DNA from: an uncultured Lachnospiraceae bacterium
GTDB lineage: Bacteria; Bacillota; Clostridia; Lachnospirales; Lachnospiraceae
Direction of reading: 5' to 3'
Length of the DNA stretch: 61,128 bases
Assembly: GCA_910585065.1 (NCBI GenBank)
Contig: CAJUCG010000001.1
Span: 1-61,128 of the forward strand
Part shown: in pieces, positions 7,137 through 14,489 of the stretch
Layout of the letters: every line of letters starts with the position of its first letter
Position numbering within the stretch: position 1 is the first letter of the stretch
Program-made: the position numbers and the translations under genes
The notes under the pieces: generated by a model
The model's input: only the letters and a program-made list of their open reading frames with translations
What the model was told of the DNA's origin: nothing
The model's database searches: none

Positions 7137-8459
7137 TTATTGTACTACTATTGTTTCGTATTTTAATGTCAAATAATTTTCATACATTTTCCTGCCGATC
7201 TCGTTTGCCGTGTAGAGCGGACCGCCCGGATACTCGCAAAAAATTCGCTCTCCTCGGTATTCCGGATGTGTAAGGCGGTAAATATTCTCATAAGGTTCGG
7301 TCAGTTTGTGAAGTTTTGTTACATTTTCCGCAATTAAATCCTCCTGCATCTGCATCATTTCCTGCGCCGTATAAAATTTTCCGATATCCTGGTTCATATA
7401 CTTTGCCCAGAATACTTTCTCCCTGTCAATATACACGGAATCCCCGACCGTTATCGTATAATTTGGCACTCCCTTATCCGTTCCACTAAGGAATTTTCCA
7501 AATTCTTCCATATCTATTTTATCATCCAAAAAATCTTTCCAGAAATTCTCATTGGAGGCAAAGCGCATATTCCAGTCCGCAGGAAACTCCTCCAAAAATT
7601 TCATCACCTTATTGTATTCTTCCTTGTTGTTAAAACGGATTGACCATTCCTCTCCCGTTTCCCCAGCTTTTCTACAAAAAATTCCATCTTCCGTATAGCA
7701 GGTAATATAATGGGCGGGTTCCTCCTGCTTACTGGACGGGTAAGTTGCCATCGTATAATTGCCAGCTAAAAGAGAGGTCTCCCGCGCCCTGGTTTGCTTT
7801 TGCTGACTTGCACTATTTTCCTTTTCCTCCATCCTCTTTTTATGTTCCTCGCGCATCTGTGTGCGAATGGAGTCTTCTAGCTCGTCAAACTTCTCCAAGA
7901 GTTTATCCCATTCCCGCTCTGTAAAAGAGGCGGCACCAATCAGGTAACTTGGCTCCGACTCCCCATTTTGAAATTTAACATAGAGTTCCTCAATAGTTTT
8001 CTTTAGAAATTTCCGGTAATCCATAGTTTCCTTTGTTTCTGAAGGTTCTTCGGTTTCTGAATTTTCCAATTTTTGGATCACCGACTGGTAAAACTCCCTT
8101 TCCTGCGCGCGGTACTGTGCAATCCCCATACTCTTTGTCTTGGCAAGCGGATGCTCCAGATCATAGAGCATGGTCTTTACCGCCTGCAATGCCGAAGCCA
8201 CACTGCCACCAAATACATCCTCCGGATTTATCGTGCCATTATACTGATTTTCCAACTGCTGCACGGTAATCTGAGAGATATGATTCATTTTTCCGTAAGG
8301 GTGATAGCCTGACTCCTCTGCTGCCTGGCGAATCGCCTCCTTTACCGCCTCCGGTGCATTTGGCGCGAACGAAAAAAAGTCCATCTCCTTCTGCGCAGAC
8401 TTCGCCTTTGCCGGGTAAACAGATCCAGAATACCCGGCTTGTACTGCTCCTACTGTCAT
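7137..8459 (-). CDS. Hypothetical 441-aa soluble protein with no recognisable family. It has an N-terminal domain, an E/K-rich coiled-coil-like centre, and an aromatic-rich C-terminal domain.
   Basis: Long clean ORF. The ATG at 8459 follows AAAGGAGGAA (the ORF-track start at 8519 is a TTG without an SD). Confidence 0.75.
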   Translation of the reverse strand: MTVGAVQAGYSGSVYPAKAKSAQKEMDFFSFAPNAPEAVKEAIRQAAEESGYHPYGKMNHISQITVQQLENQYNGTINPEDVFGGSVASALQAVKTMLYDLEHPLAKTKSMGIAQYRAQEREFYQSVIQKLENSETEEPSETKETMDYRKFLKKTIEELYVKFQNGESEPSYLIGAASFTEREWDKLLEKFDELEDSIRTQMREEHKKRMEEKENSASQQKQTRARETSLLAGNYTMATYPSSKQEEPAHYITCYTEDGIFCRKAGETGEEWSIRFNNKEEYNKVMKFLEEFPADWNMRFASNENFWKDFLDDKIDMEEFGKFLSGTDKGVPNYTITVGDSVYIDREKVFWAKYMNQDIGKFYTAQEMMQMQEDLIAENVTKLHKLTEPYENIYRLTHPEYRGERIFCEYPGGPLYTANEIGRKMYENYLTLKYETIVVQ

Positions 8460-8680
8460 GTTCCTCCTTTCTGCAGTCCATCTGACAATCCGGACTGCGC
8501 CGCTCTCCAAATGGTCCAAGCGGCTTATCTCTGCGCAGACTCACATATAAGCTGCGCGATCTAGTGGGCTGACAAAAGCTCTTTAACTACAAGATGGCAC
8601 TATGACTTTCCTTTCTCCATCCTGGAAATCACAGTGCCATCCATAGCATCCATAAAATTATCTTATTTTTTGTCAAACCC
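8460..8680 (-). promoter_or_regulatory. About 220-nt structured 5' leader of the 441-aa gene (candidate cis-regulatory RNA, class unknown)
   Basis: Stems seen by eye: GAUGGCACUGUGA/UCAUAGUGCCAUC (13 bp), GCUUAU/AUAAGC enclosing UCUGCGCAGA, CCGCU/AGCGG, and GCAGUCC/GGACUGC abutting the SD. Confidence 0.35.
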
Positions 8681-8687
8681 GATCTAT

Positions 8688-8714
8688 ATATCGGCAGAAA
8701 GCACAAAAAATTTA
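8688..8714 (-). promoter_or_regulatory. Sigma-28 (SigD/FliA) type promoter, exact consensus
   Basis: Minus strand TAAA (8714..8711), TTTTTTGTGCTTTCT (15 nt), GCCGATAT (8695..8688). The -35 overlaps the larC stop codon. Confidence 0.65.
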
Positions 8715-10028
8715 ACCCTCTACTTCCCTCTGTATTTTTTCATAAGCTTCGCTCAATCCAATCTTTTGTTCCCTTGCAATTCGCGCGATATCTTCATATT
8801 CATATTTTTCACGGAGAAAATTTTCACCAAAAAAGCTGCCTTCCGATTCCTTGCGGCGCACCGTTCCATAAGGAGTTTCAATGGATGTGATCTTACGCTC
8901 AAGAAGATAGCGCGCGCGCTCCGCCTTGCGAATACCGATGGTGGTGGTATGTTTAAACAAAAGTGCTGCCATCTGCACTTCTTTCTCCGGCGCACATAAA
9001 ACAGTAAGCAGCACACCCGGACGTGCCTTTTTCATTCCTGCGGGCAGAGTAAAGACCTCAAGCGCGCCCCCCTCAAACAAGCGTTCCATTGCAAAGCCTA
9101 TCGCCTCCGCTGTCATATCGTCAAGATTGCAGGAAAGTTCAAGTACCTTATCCGTCAAAAACATCGTATCCTTTAGGGGTGCATCCAAATCCTTTAGCGA
9201 CTCGCCAAGAAATGCGCGGACACAGTTTGCTTCCTTAAAATCCTTTTTCCCCATACCGTACCCAATCGCCGCAGTTTTCATTACTGGCATTTCCCCAAAG
9301 CGCGTGGCAAAGTGTTTTAACAATGACGCTCCGGTCGGTGTACATAATTCTCCTTTTACATTGCCGCCATAAATTGGCACATCCTTTAAAATATATGCCG
9401 TAGCAGGCGCGGGAACTGGCAGAATACCGTGCGCACAATGCACTTGTCCGCTTCCGACATGGATCGGCGAAACTACCACCTCCTCCGGTGCCAAACGCTC
9501 CATCAACATACAGACCGCAGTGATATCTGCAACCGCATCGAGCGTGCCAACCTCGTGAAAATGAATCTCTGTGACAGGGGCATTATGTGCATAGCTCTCC
9601 GCCTCCGCAATCAGGCGGTATACTGCCATAATATCTTCCTTAACCTTCTCTGAAAGTGCAAGATGTTCACGCACAAGATGCTCAATATCGTTCAGGACCG
9701 TGTGGGAATGTGTGTGGTTATGGGAATGCTCCGACGAAGGTTGTTCGTGCATATGATCATGGGAATATTCTGACCTCTCATGCGAATGGTTATGAGAATG
9801 TTCTGATACATCATAACTTTCCTCATGCACACCATTCACGGTAACAGAAATATAGGTTCCCGAAATTCCACATTTCATGGTCTTCTCTCTCTCCATCCGC
9901 ACACCGGGAAGTCCAAGAGCAGCAAATTCTTTTAAAAATTCCTCCGGATCAGGCAAAAGTTCTAAGAGTGCTGCGGTGAGCATATCCCCAGCAGCCCCCA
10001 TCCCACAATCAAAATAAAGGGTTTTCAT
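8712..10028 (-). CDS. larC: Nickel-pincer cofactor biosynthesis protein LarC (nickel insertion)
   Basis: MKTLYFDCGMGAAGDMLTAALLEL N-terminus and a His-rich tract HSHNHSHERSEYSHDHMHEQPSSEHSHNHTHSH. Confidence 0.9.
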   Translation of the reverse strand: MKTLYFDCGMGAAGDMLTAALLELLPDPEEFLKEFAALGLPGVRMEREKTMKCGISGTYISVTVNGVHEESYDVSEHSHNHSHERSEYSHDHMHEQPSSEHSHNHTHSHTVLNDIEHLVREHLALSEKVKEDIMAVYRLIAEAESYAHNAPVTEIHFHEVGTLDAVADITAVCMLMERLAPEEVVVSPIHVGSGQVHCAHGILPVPAPATAYILKDVPIYGGNVKGELCTPTGASLLKHFATRFGEMPVMKTAAIGYGMGKKDFKEANCVRAFLGESLKDLDAPLKDTMFLTDKVLELSCNLDDMTAEAIGFAMERLFEGGALEVFTLPAGMKKARPGVLLTVLCAPEKEVQMAALLFKHTTTIGIRKAERARYLLERKITSIETPYGTVRRKESEGSFFGENFLREKYEYEDIARIAREQKIGLSEAYEKIQREVEG

Positions 10029-10109
10029 AATCGATTCTCCTTAATTTTTAGTTCTTATTTTTAGTTCCGCAGAATCCCCTCCCAACACCGGAAGGAATTC
10101 TATTGTTTT

Positions 10110-10859
10110 TTAAGTCCGCATATGATTGATCATGCTGGCGAGATACCCCGCACCAAAGCCATTGTCAATATTTACCACAGATACACCGCTGGCGCAGGAA
10201 TTCAGCATGGATAAAAGTGCTGACAGTCCGTGAAAAGATGCACCGTACCCCACACTTGTCGGCACGGCAATCACAGGGCAGTCCGCAAGCCCGCCAATCA
10301 CGCTGGCTAGTGCCCCTTCCATCCCCGCAATTGCAATAATTACACTTGCCCCCATAATTTCCTCCAGATGCGCCAATGTCCGGTGCAGCCCTGCCACACC
10401 AACATCGTAGAGCCGCACGATCTCATTGCCTAGAACCTGCGCAGTCAAGGCGGCTTCCTCCGCTACAGGAATATCACTTGTCCCCCCCGTCGCCACCACA
10501 ATTTTTCCCATACCGCCGGGCGCGGGGATCTCGCCGACAACCCCGCAGTGTGCCTCCGCATAATAGGAAAGCGGATGTACCTTTGCAATCTCCCTGGCGG
10601 ACTCTTCGGACAGCCGAGTAATCAGCACCAGATCCTGCCCATTTTTTTTCATAGCATCTACAATCCCTATGATTTGTTCTGTAGTTTTTCCTGCGCCGTA
10701 AATAACTTCTGCCGCTCCCTGGCGCAATCTGCGGTGCATATCCACCTTCGCATAACCGATATCTTCAAAAGGTTTTATTTTTAGGCGCAGCATCGCGTCA
10801 TCCACAGAAAGCGTTCCATCGCGCACTCCTGCAAGCAGTTCCCGAATATCCTGACTCAT
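10110..10859 (-). CDS. larB: Nickel-pincer cofactor biosynthesis protein LarB (AIR-carboxylase-like)
   Basis: DxxRxxRxGxxEVIYGxGKT and VATGGTSDIPVAEEA...AIAGMEGAL blocks. Confidence 0.9.
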   Translation of the reverse strand: MSQDIRELLAGVRDGTLSVDDAMLRLKIKPFEDIGYAKVDMHRRLRQGAAEVIYGAGKTTEQIIGIVDAMKKNGQDLVLITRLSEESAREIAKVHPLSYYAEAHCGVVGEIPAPGGMGKIVVATGGTSDIPVAEEAALTAQVLGNEIVRLYDVGVAGLHRTLAHLEEIMGASVIIAIAGMEGALASVIGGLADCPVIAVPTSVGYGASFHGLSALLSMLNSCASGVSVVNIDNGFGAGYLASMINHMRT

Positions 10860-10889
10860 TTTTATCCCCCTAGATAATTCTTCTCACAA

Positions 10890-11645
10890 TTAATTCATCT
10901 CTCCACGCGCCTGTAAATCAAGTGTTACCATATCAAAATATTTTTTAAACTCCCCCAAAACTTCTCTCCGATTTTCTATCAACCGCGAAAAATCTTTCGC
11001 GGACAGTTGTATCCTTGCATTCTTTTTCTGTATTCGGACGCGGACATCCGTAAATCCAAGCGAAAAAAGAAAATTTTCTGCCATTTCTACCGCCGCAAGT
11101 TTTTCCTGTGTAATCTCTTCCCCCGTCGAAATCCTTGTGGCAAGACAGGCATAGGCGGGCTTATCCCAGGTAAATAGCCCCGCCTCCCTTGACAGACGGC
11201 GGATCTCGTCTTTGGTCAGTCCGGATTCCCGCAGTGGTGAATACACGGAAAACTCTTTTAGTGCGCGCATTCCCGGTCGATCTCCTGCATCATCGGATGC
11301 ATTTGTCCCATCAAGCAGTACAGAAAAACCATCAACAGCAGCCGCTTTTGCGATCGCGTCAAAAATCACCCGCTTGCAGTGATAACAACGCTCCTTCGGA
11401 TTTTCACAAATATTCGGATTTTCAAGAATATGAAGTTTTAACACACTCAATTCCACATCTAACATCACCGCAAATCGCAGTGCATCCTCATATTCAAACT
11501 GCGGCTGAAATTCCGATTTTACATAGTATGCGCGAACCTTTGTGCCGCAAGATTTCGCGGCAAAGAGCAGATAAGCGGAATCCACCCCACCAGAAAAGGC
11601 AACTGCCACTTTTTTATGTTGTAAAAAAAAATCAGATAATATCAT
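10890..11645 (-). CDS. larE: ATP-dependent sacrificial sulfur transferase LarE
   Basis: PP-loop VAFSGGVDS and conserved Cys in PAYACLATR. Confidence 0.9.
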   Translation of the reverse strand: MILSDFFLQHKKVAVAFSGGVDSAYLLFAAKSCGTKVRAYYVKSEFQPQFEYEDALRFAVMLDVELSVLKLHILENPNICENPKERCYHCKRVIFDAIAKAAAVDGFSVLLDGTNASDDAGDRPGMRALKEFSVYSPLRESGLTKDEIRRLSREAGLFTWDKPAYACLATRISTGEEITQEKLAAVEMAENFLFSLGFTDVRVRIQKKNARIQLSAKDFSRLIENRREVLGEFKKYFDMVTLDLQARGEMN

Positions 11646-11714
11646 CGGCTGTCTCCTTTTTCCCTGTTCCTGACAATGATCGCTTCCTGCAGTTTTCAGG
11701 AGCCACCACCTTTT

Positions 11715-11773
11715 AAGGCTCTGAAAGCCTTATAATCACTTAGAAATGCGTGATTACAAGGCTTTCAGAGCCT
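11715..11773 (-). terminator. Long nested hairpin downstream of tsf (probable terminator or RNA-stability element)
   Basis: Arms 11715..11739 and 11750..11773 pair over about 24 bp with one mismatch. Each arm contains its own AAGGCU...AGCCUU mini-palindrome. The T-run is only on the plus-strand side. Confidence 0.45.
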
Positions 11774-11810
11774 CATATTTTTTACGCTGTTCTGTTATGC
11801 AAACCTTTTC

Positions 11811-12746
11811 TTACATTCCCATCTGCGCTGCAACTTCCGCTGCAAAGTTCTCACTCTTCTTCTCAAGACCTTCGCCCGTCTCAAAACGCACGAAACGCTT
11901 GATCGAAAGGTTCGCGCTATTTTTCTTTGCAACCTGAGCCAAATACTGCGCTACTGTCTGTTCTCCCTCCTCATCCTCAGCCTTTACATAGATCTGATCA
12001 AGCAGGCAGATTTCTTTAAATTCCTTGTTGATACGCCCTTTAATGATCCCATCAATCACATTGGCAGGTTTCTTGGACTGTTTTTCGTCCTGCATAATCT
12101 GCGCTAAGATAATCTCTTTCTCATGATCGATAAAGTCCTGCCCGATCTCATCCCTCGAAACATATTTTGGACTGAGTGCTGCAACCTGCATTGCCACATT
12201 AGAGAGTGCCTCTTTGACCGCATCATTTACCACATCTGTAGCCGCCTCAACAATCACACCGATTCTGCCGCCGCCATGGGTGTAAGTAACCACGCAGCCA
12301 TTTTCTGCCGTAACTTTCTCAAATCTGCGGATGCTCAATTTCTCACCGATCGTCGCGATCTTCTCCACTAAAGCTTCCTGTACAGTATCTGCATCGATAA
12401 ACGGTGCAGCAAGAAGTGCGTCCACATCTGCATAATCTCCTTGTACAATCACATCGGCAACCTGCCCTACAAAGGTTTGGAACTTCTCATTCTTTGCCAC
12501 GAAGTCCGTCTCGGAATTGACCTCTACAACCGCTGCGCTATTGCCCTTTACTGCGATCCTGCAGATCCCCTCCGCAGCGATACGGCTTGCCTTCTTCTCC
12601 GCTTTTGCCTGACCTTTCTTTCTCAAAAATTCAACGGCCTCATCCATATTTCCTTCTGTCTCAACAAGAGCCTTCTTGCAGTCCATCATGCCCGCACCGG
12701 TCATCTCTCTCAAATCCTTTACCATCTTTGCTGAAATCTCAGCCAT
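11811..12746 (-). CDS. tsf: Translation elongation factor Ts
   Basis: MAEISAKMVKDLREMTGAGMMDCKKAL... is the canonical EF-Ts N-terminus. Confidence 0.95.
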   Translation of the reverse strand: MAEISAKMVKDLREMTGAGMMDCKKALVETEGNMDEAVEFLRKKGQAKAEKKASRIAAEGICRIAVKGNSAAVVEVNSETDFVAKNEKFQTFVGQVADVIVQGDYADVDALLAAPFIDADTVQEALVEKIATIGEKLSIRRFEKVTAENGCVVTYTHGGGRIGVIVEAATDVVNDAVKEALSNVAMQVAALSPKYVSRDEIGQDFIDHEKEIILAQIMQDEKQSKKPANVIDGIIKGRINKEFKEICLLDQIYVKAEDEEGEQTVAQYLAQVAKKNSANLSIKRFVRFETGEGLEKKSENFAAEVAAQMGM

Positions 12747-12815
12747 TATAATCCCTCCGTTCGTTTACAATTATTTTGTAGTCCTATATTTTTCACGCCT
12801 AAAATGCGATAAATC

Positions 12816-13556
12816 TTATGCTTCCTGCTCTTCCTCGACAGCCTCGGCTTCCTCTGGCACATCGCTCATGGAAACACCCTGGTTTGCCTCGATTACCGCG
12901 TCCGCCATCTTTGCCACAATCAGTTTTACCGCGCGGATCGCATCATCATTACCCGGAATTACATAGTCAAGCTCTTCCGGATCACAGTTTGTATCTGCAA
13001 TGCCAATTAACGGAATTCCTAAAGTATGCGCCTCCTGAATACAGATTCTCTCCTTTTTCGGATCTACAACAAAAATTGCATCCGGGATATTCTTCATCTC
13101 CTTAATTCCGCCAAGATTTTTTTCCAATTTTTCCCATTCTTTTTTCAGTGCGATAACTTCTTTCTTTGGAAGTACCTCAAATGTGCCGTCCTCCGCCATC
13201 TTCTCAATCGCTTTTAATCTTGTGACTCTGGACTGGATTGTCTTGAAATTTGTCAGCATACCGCCGAGCCATCTCTCATTGACATAGAACATACCGCAGC
13301 GTTCCGCCTCGGATTTAATGGAATCCTGCGCCTGCTTTTTTGTCCCCACAAAGAGAATCTTTCCGCCATCGGCAACGATATCCTTGATTGCGTAGTAAGC
13401 CTCGTCCACCTTGCCCACGGATTTTTGCAGATCGATAATGTAGATGCCGTTTCTCTCCGTGTAAATATACTCCGCCATTTTCGGGTTCCATCTTCTTGTC
13501 TGATGACCAAAATGAACCCCTGCCTCAAGTAACTGTTTCATTGAAATAACGCTCAT
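12816..13556 (-). CDS. rpsB: 30S ribosomal protein S2
   Basis: [27 protein letters not shown]. The ATG at 13556 follows GGAGG. Confidence 0.95.
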   Translation of the reverse strand: MSVISMKQLLEAGVHFGHQTRRWNPKMAEYIYTERNGIYIIDLQKSVGKVDEAYYAIKDIVADGGKILFVGTKKQAQDSIKSEAERCGMFYVNERWLGGMLTNFKTIQSRVTRLKAIEKMAEDGTFEVLPKKEVIALKKEWEKLEKNLGGIKEMKNIPDAIFVVDPKKERICIQEAHTLGIPLIGIADTNCDPEELDYVIPGNDDAIRAVKLIVAKMADAVIEANQGVSMSDVPEEAEAVEEEQEA

Positions 13557-13706
13557 GTCTTTTTCCTCCATTTGGTTTTTCTACCATAGCCATGTCCGCT
13601 GGCAACTTCAACCGTCCTTTACCCGGCACCAAAAGACCGCTCAAGGCTATGTGATTTCTATATCGGCACAGCATATCACCAATTTGCCGATATTTACGAC
13701 TTATAG

Positions 13707-13735
13707 ATTTTACCACAGTTTTCCTTGCAATGCAA
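13707..13735 (-). promoter_or_regulatory. Sigma-A promoter of rpsB-tsf
   Basis: TTGCAT (13735..13730), 17-nt spacer, TGgTAAAAT (-10 at 13712..13707). Confidence 0.6.
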
Positions 13736-13760
13736 GTACTTTTTTTAAAGTAAGCTCCCG

Positions 13761-14468
13761 CTAATTTGCCGTCACTTGCCTCGCGATTTCTTCATAGGTC
13801 GCGCCCGGAAGGATGCGGTAAGTCCCCGGTCTGATATACAGCGCGTAATTATTTTGCATCAAATAGCGATCGAAGTCCACTGCATCTTCCACTACCCCCG
13901 CTTTTTGCAGTTCAAGTGCGAAACTTTCCGATCCCATTCCCTGAGGAATTGTAATACTTATCTTCTCCCCATTTGTCTCTATTTCCTGTGAAGAGGATTC
14001 TGGGGGAGGCATCATCGGCATCGTCGGAGAGTCCGGCATAGTTGGCATAGTTGGCATACTTGGAGTCCCCGGAGTATCTGATACAGTTGGTACAGTTGGT
14101 GCTGGTGTATCGGATGCACTTGGCACGACCGGAGTGGAATTTGCGTCTTTTTCTGGAGGAACCGAAGGAGTCAACTCTGGCAATTTTTGCGGAGTTGGCG
14201 TTGGACTTTCCTCCCCGGATGGAGTTGGTGTATCCGTTCCCTTCGGCGGAGTTGGTGTGCCAGTTTCTTCCGGCGGAGCCGGCGTGCCCGAAAGTGCGGA
14301 CAGATCCACATCCGTATTTTCCCTTTCCACCATTCCAAGCTCCTTTGCCCGCGCCAAAACTTCCTCGTCCGTCATTTTATATTTTCGCGGTATAATCATC
14401 GTAGAATAAACGACGACGGCGAGAATCAATCCAACGCCGACGCCGCGCAAATAATATCTTAACTTCAA
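13761..14468 (-). CDS. Membrane-anchored Pro/Thr-rich protein whose C-terminus resembles only the N-terminal (LysM-like) module of MltG/YceG
   Basis: N-terminal TM helix, about 110 aa of P/T/S repeats, then ISITIPQGMGSESFALELQKAGVVEDAVDFDRYL...IRPGTYRILPGATYEEIARQV. Confidence 0.55.
   Translation of the reverse strand: MKLRYYLRGVGVGLILAVVVYSTMIIPRKYKMTDEEVLARAKELGMVERENTDVDLSALSGTPAPPEETGTPTPPKGTDTPTPSGEESPTPTPQKLPELTPSVPPEKDANSTPVVPSASDTPAPTVPTVSDTPGTPSMPTMPTMPDSPTMPMMPPPESSSQEIETNGEKISITIPQGMGSESFALELQKAGVVEDAVDFDRYLMQNNYALYIRPGTYRILPGATYEEIARQVTAN
13985..14300 (-). repeat. Degenerate in-frame coding repeats (PT-rich linker)
   Basis: Reiterated GGAGTTGGTG/GGCATAGTTGGCAT-type units encoding TPTP/MPTMP tracts. 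Confidence 0.5.
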
Positions 14469-14489
14469 GGCTTCTCCCCATTCTTTCCT

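Noticed and set aside
7137-8459. The 441-aa protein as the missing LarA, given its size and adjacency to larC.
   Set aside because: It has no resemblance to the LarA/DUF2088 N-terminal fold or its His/Lys cofactor-tethering motifs. It is highly charged and coiled-coil-rich, and it is separated from larC by its own promoter and a 250-nt gap.
8671-8676. A perfect sigma-A -35 hexamer TTGACA inside the leader of the 441-aa gene.
   Set aside because: The best -10 at 16-17 nt spacing is TATGGA/ATGGAT, which is poor, and GATAAT is only 8 nt away. It is kept as a possible weak secondary promoter, not called.
10029-10109. An 11-bp hairpin (GAAUUCCUUCC/GGAGGGGAUUC) and a duplicated ACUAAAAAU unit between larB and larC, as a possible terminator or riboswitch.
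   Set aside because: No U-tract follows, the element is too short for a known aptamer, and the genes are clearly one functional cluster. It is probably an mRNA stability or spacing element.
13985-14300. Repetitive DNA at 13985..14300, 21290..21500, 32700..32905 and 39330..39420 as a possible CRISPR array or satellite.
   Set aside because: The repeats are short, degenerate and in frame within ORFs (PT-rich linker, CheA A/P/S/T linker, FliY M/Q/G linker, FlgD KTEGD tail). There are no unique spacers of regular length and no cas genes.
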